Assembly (NCBI GenBank): GCA_016927565.1
Contig: JAFGMK010000006.1
Span: 37,942 to 101,941 of the forward strand
Length of the DNA: 64,000 nt
DNA from: Minisyncoccota bacterium
GTDB taxonomy: Bacteria > Patescibacteriota > Microgenomatia > PFEM01 > JAFGMK01
Direction of reading: 5' to 3'
Within the stretch, counting starts at the first letter, position 1, and each line of letters opens with the position of its first letter. The position numbers were made by a program, and so were the translations under genes. The notes under the pieces were generated by a model. The model did no database searches and was not told the DNA's origin. It saw nothing but the letters and a program-made list of their open reading frames with translations. Shown piece after piece: positions 1-10,201 of this stretch.

Positions 1-264
1 ATCGCACACGATTTGGTTTTGACTGCCCATTTTCAAGAGGGAGATGATTCGATTACCGTCCGCCTGACCCACGATCATTATTCCTTAGCCGCCGGAGAAC
101 CTTTCCGAGTGGCTGTCTATAAAAATAACCAAATTGCGGTCGGTTACAACCCTCAAGAAATAACTCTAAGAGTACTTGGTCATTTTTTAAAAGCCGTGGT
201 CGATCCGGAAGTAACCGAAAGGTTAAAATCAAAACAAGAACCGGCCGGGAATAAAAGTAAATAA
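1..264 (+). CDS. 3' part of a hypothetical protein (open from window start)
   Basis: Frame 1 is open from base 1 to TAA at 264 with protein-like composition; no recognisable motif. Confidence 0.5.
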   Translation: MAHDLVLTAHFQEGDDSITVRLTHDHYSLAAGEPFRVAVYKNNQIAVGYNPQEITLRVLGHFLKAVVDPEVTERLKSKQEPAGNKSK

Positions 265-331
265 AAGCCCGGATTAGAAAGGCCCCACCCAAAGATACGA
301 GCAGCGCCAGAATTTTACTGATCAACTGGTT

Positions 332-700
332 TCAGCCTTTATCTGCCTTAATTGACGGCCAGCGGAGAACAACAACTAAGGAATCTTCTTCGGCACGCCG
401 GACATAGCCGAGATTGGCTCCGTAAAAAACAAAATCGCCTTCTTTGTCTAAAATCACTTCCCGATCCAGATCCGGAAAGAAAAAAACATATTTACCCCGG
501 ACGAGAAAAGTCAGAGTTTTGGTTCTTTCTCTTTTGCCGGCTTCAAGTCTCTCGGCAATTTCGCCTTTTTTGTGTTCGGCCCATTTGACTTCAACATTAC
601 CGGTTTGAAGACCGGTTTCTTTTTCCATAAAATGACCAACCACCCAACCCCGATGATTGGGTGCTTCCAGGGAAAGATTACCGGTAATAATTTTTTTCAT
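332..700 (-). CDS. Small cupin-like hypothetical protein
   Basis: RGWVVGHF, EVKW and beta-rich TLTFLVRGKY...GDFVFY pattern resembling a cupin barrel. Confidence 0.5.
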   Translation of the reverse strand: MKKIITGNLSLEAPNHRGWVVGHFMEKETGLQTGNVEVKWAEHKKGEIAERLEAGKRERTKTLTFLVRGKYVFFFPDLDREVILDKEGDFVFYGANLGYVRRAEEDSLVVVLRWPSIKADKG

Positions 701-777
701 CTCAAAAAACTCTTTTTTTCCTGATACTATGATTCATATCATGGTATCAAACTTTGCCGTTTCAAGATTGGCGTTTT

Positions 778-1680
778 TTATCTTAGCCTAGCCTTATTTT
801 TGACCGTTCTTTTCTGTTTAAAGTTTTCCCAAACAGAAAGCAGAGGGACTGCCGTAAAGGTAGAAGAAAAGGTGCCGGCAATGGTACCAATCAAAAGGGC
901 GGCCACAAACCACCTGATTGTCGCCCCGCCCATCAGCAAAAGGGCGATCAGCATAAAAATAATAGTTAAGGAATTATTAAAAGACCTCACGATAGTTTTG
1001 GCAATTGCCTGATTAGCCAGATCATCAAAGTTTGCCTGGGGATAAAGATTCCGGTTTTCCCGGATCGAATCAAAAACCACCACGGTATCATGAACCGAAA
1101 AAGAAAGAGTCGTTAAAACCGCGGTCACAAACAGGGTATCGACTTCAACCTGGTAAAAATGGCCCAAAAGAGAAAAGCTGCCCAAAAGAATCAGGGAATC
1201 GTGAAACATAGCCAATACAGCCCCCACCCCGAATCTTCTGTCCTTAAAACGCCAGGCAACATAGATCAGGATGCCAATCGAGGCCAGAATGATTCCGGCA
1301 ATGGTTTTCCATAAAAGTTCCTTACCCAGGCTCGGGCCGACGGCTTCAAATCGAATCTCAACCAACTCCGTTGCCAGAACCTCTTCCAGGCTGGTTTTGA
1401 TTTCCGCCACTTTTTCCCGCTGGGCCGGTTCGCCTTTGATGACAAATTTTTTTTCTCCGGAGATTTGAACCGAATCAAAACTAAATTCTTTTTCATCCAA
1501 AACCTTCTTTATTTTTTCAATCTCAATCCCCTGATCTGTTTTTTGCTCATATTCCAAAATCGTTCCGCCGGCAAAGTCAATCGCAGGCTCCAAACCCCAA
1601 CGCACCAGGCTATAAAAACCAGGCACTAAAAAAAGAGCCGAGATTAAAAAATAAAACCATTTGTATTTTAAAAAGTTCAT
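778..1680 (-). CDS. secF: Protein translocase subunit SecF
   Basis: IDFAGGT, VGPSLGKEL, FHD, SVHDTVVVFD motifs; follows secD; start taken at MNFLKYKW (1680) rather than 1710. Confidence 0.95.
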   Translation of the reverse strand: MNFLKYKWFYFLISALFLVPGFYSLVRWGLEPAIDFAGGTILEYEQKTDQGIEIEKIKKVLDEKEFSFDSVQISGEKKFVIKGEPAQREKVAEIKTSLEEVLATELVEIRFEAVGPSLGKELLWKTIAGIILASIGILIYVAWRFKDRRFGVGAVLAMFHDSLILLGSFSLLGHFYQVEVDTLFVTAVLTTLSFSVHDTVVVFDSIRENRNLYPQANFDDLANQAIAKTIVRSFNNSLTIIFMLIALLLMGGATIRWFVAALLIGTIAGTFSSTFTAVPLLSVWENFKQKRTVKNKARLR

Positions 1681-1712
1681 TTTTTTAACATCACCTCGCA
1701 GGAGTCCCAATC

Positions 1713-1762
1713 CTTACACCCCGGGGAGTGAAAGGATTCAGACACCCCCGAGGCGGGGATCC
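1713..1762. repeat. Degenerate ACACCCC..GGGG REP-like palindromes at the secD/secF junction
   Basis: ttacaccccggggagtga and gacacccccgaggcgggg resemble the palindromes flanking the RAYT gene at 44783 and 45549. Confidence 0.4.
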
Positions 1763-3090
1763 TTCTTTCTGGAAAAAACCTCCAAAAAAGTCCGTGTAAC
1801 AATAATACCGGTAAACATGCTCAAAAAGACTCCCAGTCCCAGAGTCAAAGCAAAACCCCTAATTGAACCGGAAGTATTTAAAAAAGACCACTCGAAGGGA
1901 TTAAAAAGAATAAAACAGATAATCAAAGTGCAGACATTGGCATCCCTAATTGAATCCCAAGCCCGGCCAAAACCCAATTCGCGGGCTACCGGCCGCGGCT
2001 TACCCAATCTGATCTCCTCTTTTATTCTTTCAAAAATCAGGATATTTGAATCAACCGCCATTCCGACCGTCAGGACAAAGCCGGCCATTCCCGGCAGGGT
2101 CAAAGTAACCGGAATCAGCTTGTAAATAGCTAGAGTCGCTAAACCATAAATTACCAAGCCTAAGGAGGCCAGCACTCCCAAAAAACCATAATAAATAATC
2201 ATAAAACCGACAACCATCAAAAGACCGATTAAACCGGCCCGGAGACTCTCTTGGATAGAATCCTCGCCTAAAGTCGGTCCGATATTCCTTTGCTCGATGA
2301 GCTCAAAGGGAACCGGCAAAGCCCCGCCGTTTAACTGAGCGGAAAAACGCTTAACATCTTTGACTTCAAAGTCCTCGCCCGTAATTGAAGCATTGCCTCC
2401 GGTTATCGGTTCGTTAATCACCGGCGCCATCAAAATCAGCTGATCCAAAAGAATCGCCAAACGGCGGCCGACATTATTTTCAGTTATTTCCCCAAACAGA
2501 TCTTTTCCCTCCTCGGTAAAAGTCAAAGTAATCATGGGCGCTCCGGTTTGCTGGTCAAAAGCCGGCTGAGCTTTTTCTAAAAAACGACCCGTCAATCCGG
2601 TTTCCTCAAAGGGCACAGCGGCATCAGTCGCTTCATTGATTAAACGGAAATCAAGCTGGGCCGTTTGGCCGATCAGGCCAATCGCCTGATCAACCTCGTC
2701 AATTCCCGCCAATTCAACTACTATCCGGTGTTCTTCACCAACTCTGGAAGTTCGGATCACCGGCTCAGCCAAACCAAAAAGATCAACCCGTCTTTGAATA
2801 ATCTCTTTGGCTGAATCCAAAGCCTCGCCTTTCTCCTCGGGATCAATTTGGCTCATATCTGCCTTAAAAACCAGATGAGCCCCTCCGGCTAAGTCCAGAC
2901 CCTTTTTAACCGCCAGATCCCGCTGAAATTTAAAAGGCCCCAATTTAAAATCAATTTCCGGTCGATTAAGAACAGTATCAATCTTAAATTTACCCAAAGA
3001 AATTTTAATCGGCATTTTTCCGGGCAAATCAACATAAGCCGAAACAAGCGTGAGAAAAATAATCAGCAGAAACAACCTTTTTTTATTCAT
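1738..3090 (-). CDS. secD: Protein translocase subunit SecD
   Basis: GLDLAGG, RIVVELAG, GALPVP, GPTLG, GMAVDSNILIFERIKEE motifs. Confidence 0.97.
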   Translation of the reverse strand: MNKKRLFLLIIFLTLVSAYVDLPGKMPIKISLGKFKIDTVLNRPEIDFKLGPFKFQRDLAVKKGLDLAGGAHLVFKADMSQIDPEEKGEALDSAKEIIQRRVDLFGLAEPVIRTSRVGEEHRIVVELAGIDEVDQAIGLIGQTAQLDFRLINEATDAAVPFEETGLTGRFLEKAQPAFDQQTGAPMITLTFTEEGKDLFGEITENNVGRRLAILLDQLILMAPVINEPITGGNASITGEDFEVKDVKRFSAQLNGGALPVPFELIEQRNIGPTLGEDSIQESLRAGLIGLLMVVGFMIIYYGFLGVLASLGLVIYGLATLAIYKLIPVTLTLPGMAGFVLTVGMAVDSNILIFERIKEEIRLGKPRPVARELGFGRAWDSIRDANVCTLIICFILFNPFEWSFLNTSGSIRGFALTLGLGVFLSMFTGIIVTRTFLEVFSRKKDPRLGGV

Positions 3091-3338
3091 TGTTTAACCA
3101 TTTTCTCTTTTGGATCATCTTTCTCCGGAGAGATATTCTCCGATCTGGCCAGCCGTTTTTTCAGCTGGCCGGAAATTGACAGTTGCTTAGCCCCGGAAAA
3201 AGTATAAATCACCCGACCCGATTCCGGCAAGGCTCTTACCCCAACGCTTTGCCCGGCCTTAATCCCGATGGTATTAACAAAGTTTGAAGGGATAACAACC
3301 GCCAAACTATTACCCGTCTTAATAATTTTTTGGCGCAT
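3087..3338 (-). CDS. AbrB/MazE/SpoVT-family DNA-binding protein
   Basis: N-terminal QKIIKTGNSLAVVIP...GIKAGQ signature. Confidence 0.8.
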   Translation of the reverse strand: MRQKIIKTGNSLAVVIPSNFVNTIGIKAGQSVGVRALPESGRVIYTFSGAKQLSISGQLKKRLARSENISPEKDDPKEKMVKQ

Positions 3339-3350
3339 AATTTTTTTTCT

Positions 3351-3929
3351 TTAACTGACCAACCCTTCTTCACTGCCGTAAATCATTATCCTCGGCCCGG
3401 CCAAAATTGACAGGATAAAAGGATCGCGCCTTTTTTTCCGGAAAATAAATTCTTCTTTATTCATAACGCTGTAGTTAATTTCCCGCCCGCGGCTTGATTC
3501 TTCTTCTCTGACCAACTTTGCCAGTTCAGGCAAAACCACCTGGCCGACAACCAAAAGATCAACCTCATTCTCCCTTTTTCTTTCCAGCTCCCGGACAAAC
3601 CGGCCGGAAAACATCACATAATTTATTTTACCCAGTTTGTTCTTATTTTTGATAATCTCTCGACCAAGACCGGTAGTCTTGGCAATGATTGAAAGCAGGT
3701 CGCCGTACAAAAAATGATCTTTATTGACCCAATAATAAAGCCTGTTACCCCGCGGTTCTTTCTTAACCAGACCAAATTTTTCCAGGCGGGATAATTCCCG
3801 CCGGACAGCGTTTATCTCTTCACTGGCCAAACGAACCAGACCTCGGACATGAAACATCTCCTCAGGCTGGCTTAAAAAAATCTCCAACAGTTTAACTCTG
3901 ACCTTGGAAACTAATAATACCTGAAGCAT
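3351..3929 (-). CDS. Winged-helix protein with C-terminal nucleotidyltransferase-like domain
   Basis: SKVRVKLL...HVRGLVR...NAVRRELSRL...GNRLYY wHTH; FSG...EVDLLVVG...REINYSV MNT-like region. Confidence 0.7.
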   Translation of the reverse strand: MLQVLLVSKVRVKLLEIFLSQPEEMFHVRGLVRLASEEINAVRRELSRLEKFGLVKKEPRGNRLYYWVNKDHFLYGDLLSIIAKTTGLGREIIKNKNKLGKINYVMFSGRFVRELERKRENEVDLLVVGQVVLPELAKLVREEESSRGREINYSVMNKEEFIFRKKRRDPFILSILAGPRIMIYGSEEGLVS

Positions 3930-3947
3930 ATTCTTGTTAAAAATTTG

Positions 3948-5156
3948 CTAATAGGCCACCTCTTGGCCGGTCGGCAGAATCTCCAGCCAAATCGGTCCGG
4001 GATTAAAAGCAATTTCCTGACCGTTTTCTTGGGTAAAGGAAGTCCTTCCCTCTCTTTGTTTTTTTCGCCAATTTCCTTTAATAACCTGACCGTCCTGAAA
4101 AACCAGCGCCTGTCCCTGGCCGATTGTCTGATAAAGTAAATGCTTTGAAGCATCTCCGGTCCGGGTTTCTTTTAAAAATTGGATCGCCACCACTTTAGCC
4201 GAAAGCTGCTGATTGGTATTAAGATCCAAATGAGGCTGGTTGTTGTTAAAGCGAAGATACTGATTTTTATCTTTGTCATATTCCCAACGAACTTCATAAC
4301 CGGATTGGCTTTGCCAGAAAGCAAACTCAATTTTGGAAACCTGGCCTTCTTGGGCCGTTTCCTCTTTAGCGGGCCAGGGGACAAAGTTTTCATCCCAACG
4401 ATCTCCCGCCTCGTCAGTTTGAGTCAATCCTCTTGATTGGGCAATCCACCAAAGCCGGTCGGGCGTAGAGTACATGGTATGCTCCATCGCCACTCCTTTT
4501 AAGCGCTCCATATCCCGCCAAAAAGTCAAACCGCCTTCCGGATATTGGGTTTCCTTGGCCCGGAGAGAGGTCTGGTCAATATCGCTATAAAGACGCCAAC
4601 CGTAACTCTCAATTTGTTCCAAAGCTTTGGCTTTGGAATTAGTTTTGCCTAAATTACCAAAATCGTTTGCTCCGCCGACATGAACATAAAGAGGATAATC
4701 ACCATATTCGGAAATCCAGTCAAGGAAGTAAGTCCTGGATGATCTTACCGGGCCAACAAAGAAATCCTCAGCTGAAGCCCGGCAAAAGTAAACCGCTAAA
4801 AATCTGGTAATCCCCCCTTCTGCCACCGCTTCGTAGACAATATCAGCTTTTGAAAGACCGGATTGCGGCCGGGAATCAAGATGATTTTCAATCATCACCC
4901 CCAAAGGTCTTCTTTTTTCCCAGATTGCCCTTTCTTCTTTAGTAAATTTTTCTCCGGTCAGAGGACAGATTTCAGTTTTCGGCGCCTCAAAATTAATCCG
5001 CGGGCGGCCGTCTTCAATTGACACCGGAGAAACCAGTATTGATGCTTCTCCTTTTTTACCACCAAAATAAGCAAAACCGGCATAAGAAAGACCGGCCGAA
5101 AGCAAATAAAGGCCCAAAGCGCTTAAAAGGTAAAAAATTATTTTCTTTTTTGGCAT
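3948..5156 (-). CDS. DUF3048-family membrane-anchored protein
   Basis: CPLTG, RPLGVMIEN, SRPQSGLSKADIVYE, EGGITRF, GPVRS motifs; N-terminal TM. Confidence 0.85.
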   Translation of the reverse strand: MPKKKIIFYLLSALGLYLLSAGLSYAGFAYFGGKKGEASILVSPVSIEDGRPRINFEAPKTEICPLTGEKFTKEERAIWEKRRPLGVMIENHLDSRPQSGLSKADIVYEAVAEGGITRFLAVYFCRASAEDFFVGPVRSSRTYFLDWISEYGDYPLYVHVGGANDFGNLGKTNSKAKALEQIESYGWRLYSDIDQTSLRAKETQYPEGGLTFWRDMERLKGVAMEHTMYSTPDRLWWIAQSRGLTQTDEAGDRWDENFVPWPAKEETAQEGQVSKIEFAFWQSQSGYEVRWEYDKDKNQYLRFNNNQPHLDLNTNQQLSAKVVAIQFLKETRTGDASKHLLYQTIGQGQALVFQDGQVIKGNWRKKQREGRTSFTQENGQEIAFNPGPIWLEILPTGQEVAY

Positions 5157-5165
5157 TTTATTTTA

Positions 5166-5639
5166 TTATTTTAATTTTTTTGCTTCTTTAATTGCTCTTC
5201 CTTCTTCCTCAGAAAAAGAATAGCCGGCCTCTTTGCCTTCCTTGACGGGTTTGGCATAAATCCTGGTTGTTTCCCGACTGTGGAGACTGGAAATCACCAA
5301 ACCGCTTTTTCGATCATCCAGAAGGGCCAGACAAAAACTTTGGTCCCCACCGGTTTCAGCAAAGGGGTTAAATCTTACCAAACCAACCTGTTGCAAATGA
5401 AAAAGACCCTCCCTTTCAATTCTTTTGCTAATTTCCAGTAAGTTTTCAATCTGTTTTTTCCCTTCGCTAGTGCTTTTTAAAACTTCTTCCAAAACCGATT
5501 TAAGATCTTTTCCCGCTCCGGCAATTCCCAAACGACGGTAATGAGCCGATAAGCGAAAAAACAATACTGTTAAAACTAAAAGCCAAACAAAAAGAACCCC
5601 TGCCCCGACCCAAAGCGCAGTTGGGAAATTGAACAACAT
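5166..5639 (-). CDS. DUF4446-family protein
   Basis: N-terminal TM; VGLVRFNPF..GGDQSF.LALLD..G.VISSLHSR..TRIYAKP. Confidence 0.85.
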   Translation of the reverse strand: MLFNFPTALWVGAGVLFVWLLVLTVLFFRLSAHYRRLGIAGAGKDLKSVLEEVLKSTSEGKKQIENLLEISKRIEREGLFHLQQVGLVRFNPFAETGGDQSFCLALLDDRKSGLVISSLHSRETTRIYAKPVKEGKEAGYSFSEEEGRAIKEAKKLK

Positions 5640-5800
5640 CTGTATCCTTCCTGTCTTTCCTATTCTAATCCGGCTCTGATCAAACTGTCAACTCCTGCAA
5701 ATGTCCAGAATGCCTGATGGAAACAACGAGCCCGGACACCTGCAATACTTCCTGCCGCCCTTGAACTTGAAACTGGGTTATGATAACTTAAAACTCAATT

Positions 5801-6127
5801 ATGGCTAAAAAAAGAAAAACAAGACAAGAAAAAATTATCCTCCAGCTAAAGCGGCAATTAGCTCATCAGAAGTCTCAAAAACACTCCGGCGACGGAATTC
5901 AACCAAGCCAGGCAAAAAAGCTAAAAACATCTTCTACCCAACCTCGTCAAGGGGCAATTTTCAAACCTGATCTTAAAACTGACTTAAGAAAAAAATCCAT
6001 AAAAAGGCCTGATAAATCGATCTTTTCCTATTCTCCGAGGCTAATCAGGCTTGATCTTATTAAAAGCCTCAGCCTGGCCCTAGCCATCATCACCCTCGAA
6101 ATCGTGTTATACTTGAGGCTAAGATAA
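5801..6127 (+). CDS. Basic hypothetical protein with C-terminal TM
   Basis: MAKKRKTRQEKI start, Lys-rich, C-terminal hydrophobic helix after DLIKS. Confidence 0.7.
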   Translation: MAKKRKTRQEKIILQLKRQLAHQKSQKHSGDGIQPSQAKKLKTSSTQPRQGAIFKPDLKTDLRKKSIKRPDKSIFSYSPRLIRLDLIKSLSLALAIITLEIVLYLRLR

Positions 6128-6199
6128 TCCACTTCAGGCAGGCCAAATCTATCTGCCCTAATAGAATTGAGAAGATTTATTTGAGAGGGGGTGAAAAAT

Positions 6200-6352
6200 A
6201 TGACTTCTTTTTACTGTGTTAAGTGCCGCGCTAAAAAACAGGTTGATGACGAAGCAGTTGAACATGTCACGATGAAAAACGGCAAACCGGCAATGAAAAG
6301 CAAATGCCCGGACTGTGGCACCACCATGTTTAAAATTGGCGGCAAAAGCTAA
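6200..6352 (+). CDS. DUF5679-like 50-aa zinc-ribbon protein (absent from ORF track)
   Basis: Own translation MTSFYCVKCRAKKQVDDEAVEHVTMKNGKPAMKSKCPDCGTTMFKIGGKS; two CxxC; strong SD GGGGGTGA; terminator follows. Confidence 0.85.
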   Translation: MTSFYCVKCRAKKQVDDEAVEHVTMKNGKPAMKSKCPDCGTTMFKIGGKS

Positions 6353-6371
6353 TAATTTTTTTGACTTTTAA

Positions 6372-6400
6372 AAACAACCCCGCTATGAGCGGGGTTGTTT
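6372..6400. terminator. Intrinsic terminator hairpin between convergent genes
   Basis: AAACAACCCCGCT-atg-AGCGGGGTTGTTT, 13-bp perfect stem. Confidence 0.8.
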
Positions 6401-6439
6401 GCTGGTAAAAATTTATTATCGGCCAGAGAAAAATATTTT

Positions 6440-7906
6440 TTAGCGTCTCAGATACAACGACAGTTCACCGAATTGTTCGTACGAATCTAAATAGAAGTTT
6501 GAATATAAGTATTGATAGAATCCGGGGTCAAGAATGTGTATTTTTGCCGCGCTATCCAAAAGGGCATAATCAGAACTAGCCAAAATTTTTTGGTGCATAT
6601 AGCAAGAATTCCCCCAGCGACAGGGACCATCGGGTATTGTCACAAAATACCAGAAGTGAGGCTCTTTTCCGGTAATCATGTAAAAAAAATTGTTGTTGGC
6701 AAACATCTTTCCTTCTAACTTACTCGCCCTCTCATATATTTCCCCAGTTTTAAGATTATTATAGGCAAGCAGGACTAATGAATAAAAAGTGTGTTTTGTT
6801 AAAAAAATTGCCAGTGTAAGTGAAGCCAAACTGAAAACAAAATTTTTATTAGGCATTCTCTGTTTGTTAAAAAAGGCCAAAAAAGCTTTAGCAGCACTGG
6901 CTACTAAAGATAAACCAATTGGCAAAACAGTAATCAGGTGATGTTGATAAAAATGACGAGGTATAAAAACTGAGAAAATAAAAAAAACTAAAAAAAAGAG
7001 CGCCCGGTGCTTTACCTTTTTATCCCTGACAAGAAAAAGCATTGGCCAAGCAACCAGGAAGGCCAGCAGAAGTAATACTGGCGAAAGGCTGAGAGTGTGA
7101 AATAAAAAGAAGAGCCGTTCCTTTAGAGACATTGCCGGTCTTAAAAGATGAGAGGAAAGAATATCCGGCAATAACTCCGGCATTGATACTTTCAAAGCAA
7201 GCAAAGTAATTGAAGTCGAGAAAAAAAAGGTCAATCCGATTTTTATCACCTTAATTACTTCCACTCTGTTTTGATAGTAGACAACAAAAAATGAAAAAAG
7301 GAAAAATGCCCAATAATAAGCCGCTGTAATCTTAATCAGAAAGTTTACGGAGAAAAGAAGGGCTAGCAACAAATAATCCCTCCTCAATAACGTCTTTTTA
7401 CCAAGAACAAGGAGAATGAAAACAATAAAGACTAGGGCTAAACAGTCAAAGGTGACCACCTTAGCATATAAGGTTAAAAGGGGGTCGCCCAAAAAAAGAA
7501 TTACTGCCAATAAAACTATAAAATCTTCCTTAAAAAAAGTCTTAGTGAAGAAGTAAAGACCCGGAACAACTAAACTAACTACCAGAACATAAAAAAGAAA
7601 TGGCCAAAAAACAGAATCAGAAACTAGAAAACCCAATCTTAAAAGCCAATAAAGGCCTGGCATATGGGTAAGAGAAAATTCCCTGTAAGGAACTTTTCCC
7701 TCAACCATATATTTAGAAATCAATAAATGATTTCCATAATCAGAAGTTGCCACTGGATTGCGATAACCTAAAAAACGGGTAACAATAAAAAAAAATTGAA
7801 GAAAGAGCACTAAAAACAAACGATCCCTCTGGCTTGGGCGGAAAATCACTTTAATCAGTTTTCGTACAATTTTCTTTTTTTTAAACATTTTTAAATAGTT
7901 TGGCAC
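6440..7906 (-). CDS. Multi-TM GT-C (PMT/ArnT-like) glycosyltransferase
   Basis: SDYG, GKVPYREF..HMPG, many TM helices, LIK motif; in operon with a GT2. Confidence 0.7.
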   Translation of the reverse strand: MPNYLKMFKKKKIVRKLIKVIFRPSQRDRLFLVLFLQFFFIVTRFLGYRNPVATSDYGNHLLISKYMVEGKVPYREFSLTHMPGLYWLLRLGFLVSDSVFWPFLFYVLVVSLVVPGLYFFTKTFFKEDFIVLLAVILFLGDPLLTLYAKVVTFDCLALVFIVFILLVLGKKTLLRRDYLLLALLFSVNFLIKITAAYYWAFFLFSFFVVYYQNRVEVIKVIKIGLTFFFSTSITLLALKVSMPELLPDILSSHLLRPAMSLKERLFFLFHTLSLSPVLLLLAFLVAWPMLFLVRDKKVKHRALFFLVFFIFSVFIPRHFYQHHLITVLPIGLSLVASAAKAFLAFFNKQRMPNKNFVFSLASLTLAIFLTKHTFYSLVLLAYNNLKTGEIYERASKLEGKMFANNNFFYMITGKEPHFWYFVTIPDGPCRWGNSCYMHQKILASSDYALLDSAAKIHILDPGFYQYLYSNFYLDSYEQFGELSLYLRR

Positions 7907-9486
7907 CCGGGAGAACGCTCATACACAATGACTGAGGAACTAACTTTTTCCTTAAAAACAAAACAATCCGTAAGTAGTTTTTCTATTTGATCTTGAACGG
8001 GTTGGAGCTGCCAACTGAAAAAATAGACGAAATTTTTTTCACTAATAGCGCTATTAAAAACTTTTTCCGCCTTGGTGTTAGTTAAAACATTCCGCCCCAA
8101 AACAAGTTCATAGTTTAGCTGGTTACCAGATTTTTTTGCTTGAACAAGCAACACCCGGAGTTTACCTAAAGGACCAGTATCAAAAACCTCCGCATTATCC
8201 AAAAAAACAACCCTCATTCTTGGGGCACTCGGGCAATACTGAAGGGCATTGTAATTGTAAAATTCCGTTATGAACACCCCGGGATCAAGCCCTCTCAAAG
8301 TAGCGCAAAAATCATCAAAGTAAAATTTCCTAAGACTAACAATTTTGTAAAAATAGATGTTGCCAAGGAAAAAAAAGAAAAGCATGCTCAGAAGCACATA
8401 TTTCCTGATTTTTCTTTCAAGAAACGTGCAACCGCAAAAAAGTAATGTGAGAAAAGGAGCAATTATAAAAATGAAGTGACGACCAATCAATCCTCTCATC
8501 AGCGGGGCAATTGCAAAAAAAAGTAGGCTTGGCAAGGAAATAACTAGATATTTTTTTTCAAGGGAGGGCTTTTTCGCTAAAAAAAGTGTCCACAAAAAGA
8601 CGCAAAAAAGACAAAATAAAAACGAATAAAATTGAGCTGAGACAATTTTTTCGAACTCCCATTTAGTAGGAAAAAAAAGAAACAACCCCGGTTTCTGATA
8701 AAGAGGGGTCCGATGCGCCCTTATGTAGTCACCCCCGGTACCAAGATAAGTTCTGACTAAGTCTGCTTTGCTTAAAAACTGGCTTCCCGCCAGAAATATG
8801 GTTAATACCAGTAAAAAAAAATAGAATAGAAATTGCCCTTTTTCCCCTTTTAGTAAAAAAACTCCCAGAATCAAAAACAGCAAAACCGCAATAATGCCGC
8901 TGGGAATAATCAGAACAATCATTGCCAAGCTAGAAAAATTTAGCATCAGCCAAAAAAAACGATCGGTTTCAAAATATTTTAAGAAAGAATAAAAGCTAAT
9001 AATCGCCAATAAATTATATAAACCATATACCCTGATGTAGAAAGCATAATAGGCAACGTTGCTGGTAAGGATATAAATAAGGGTAAAAAATAAACATTGT
9101 TTCTGACCGGCAAAATAGATCTTTAGCAGTTTGTAAAAAAAGAAAATTGAAAACAGCCAAATTAAAAAATTAAAGATAATCGCTACTGCTTCGTGATTCG
9201 GAGACAGGAAAAACAGCCGATGAAGAATCTGGTAATAAAGAGGGAAATTTTGTTCATGAGAGAGAATTAGGTTAATGTTTCGGGGAGTTTGCTCGGCAAT
9301 TTGCATCGTGTTTGATTCGTCAAAGTCAAGGCGGGGATTATGATTTATGGCAATTAAGAAAATATGTAAAACACTTAGAGCAATCAGAAAATAAAGAAAC
9401 CAATCTACTATCCTCCTTTTTAGAATCATTTCGAGCCAACTGTCAACTTTTTGAAAAATCTCGGAACGTTCCCGCCGCTTTGTCAT
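7891..9486 (-). CDS. GT-C (family 39-like) membrane glycosyltransferase
   Basis: DFDE, NFPLYYQILH, YIRVY motifs, multi-TM. Confidence 0.75.
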   Translation of the reverse strand: MTKRRERSEIFQKVDSWLEMILKRRIVDWFLYFLIALSVLHIFLIAINHNPRLDFDESNTMQIAEQTPRNINLILSHEQNFPLYYQILHRLFFLSPNHEAVAIIFNFLIWLFSIFFFYKLLKIYFAGQKQCLFFTLIYILTSNVAYYAFYIRVYGLYNLLAIISFYSFLKYFETDRFFWLMLNFSSLAMIVLIIPSGIIAVLLFLILGVFLLKGEKGQFLFYFFLLVLTIFLAGSQFLSKADLVRTYLGTGGDYIRAHRTPLYQKPGLFLFFPTKWEFEKIVSAQFYSFLFCLFCVFLWTLFLAKKPSLEKKYLVISLPSLLFFAIAPLMRGLIGRHFIFIIAPFLTLLFCGCTFLERKIRKYVLLSMLFFFFLGNIYFYKIVSLRKFYFDDFCATLRGLDPGVFITEFYNYNALQYCPSAPRMRVVFLDNAEVFDTGPLGKLRVLLVQAKKSGNQLNYELVLGRNVLTNTKAEKVFNSAISEKNFVYFFSWQLQPVQDQIEKLLTDCFVFKEKVSSSVIVYERSPGCQTI

Positions 9487-10178
9487 CTTATCAATCTCTT
9501 TCTCACTGCCAAAGTTAAATATTGCCAGCCATCCTGAAAAGCCCTTAATTTACTTTTCCCCAATCTTTGATCATAGCTAATTTTCATCTGACCCCAACGG
9601 CATTTTAAATAATGAATCGCCTCAATCTTTATCTCATGACTAAAAAAGTATTGATTAGATCTTACTTTTAATTTTTGCCAAAGATTCCTTTGAATCAGGA
9701 ACATTCCTGACAAAGAATCATTAAGGCGGACTTTATAAATCAGGCGGAAATGCCAAGTTAAGAGCAGATTCCCAATCCGCTTAACCAACTGCATCGTCTT
9801 TAAAAACAGATAGTTTGAACCAAAACGGTCAGCCACCAAGAATTCTAATTTTCCTTTCAGGGAATAATCTAGCAACCGGGGAATTTCCTCAACCGGATAA
9901 GTCCCGTCAGCATCACAAACGACCATGATTTCTCCGCGGGAATCATTAAGGCCTCTTTTAATGGCATAACCATAACCCTGATTTTTTTCCCTTAAAACCC
10001 TAGCTCCTAATCGCCGGGCAACTTCGGCAGTTTTATCGGTTGAGTTGTTATCAACGACAACAATCTCGGTTTCAAAACCTCTGGCTCGGATCTCTTTAAC
10101 AGGAACAGCGGGAATAATCTTTTCTACACCCTGTTCCTCATTGTAGGCTGGTAAAATAAGAGAAAAATAATGTTTCAC
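9483..10178 (-). CDS. GT2 polyprenol-phosphate sugar synthase (DPM1-like)
   Basis: LPAYNEE, VVDNNSTD, GYG, DADGTY, DSLSG, RLGKSK. Confidence 0.9.
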   Translation of the reverse strand: MKHYFSLILPAYNEEQGVEKIIPAVPVKEIRARGFETEIVVVDNNSTDKTAEVARRLGARVLREKNQGYGYAIKRGLNDSRGEIMVVCDADGTYPVEEIPRLLDYSLKGKLEFLVADRFGSNYLFLKTMQLVKRIGNLLLTWHFRLIYKVRLNDSLSGMFLIQRNLWQKLKVRSNQYFFSHEIKIEAIHYLKCRWGQMKISYDQRLGKSKLRAFQDGWQYLTLAVRKRLIR

Positions 10179-10184
10179 ACCATT

Positions 10185-10194
10185 ATTATATAAT
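10185..10194. promoter_or_regulatory. Palindromic double -10 element (bidirectional promoter)
   Basis: ATTATATAAT gives TATAAT on both strands, 7 nt before ATG 10202 and 6 nt before GTG 10178. Confidence 0.65.
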
Positions 10195-10201
10195 ACTTGA
10201 A

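Noticed and set aside
53-325. Minus-strand 90-aa ORF
   Set aside because: Overlaps the more protein-like plus-strand frame open from base 1; cannot be excluded but not supported
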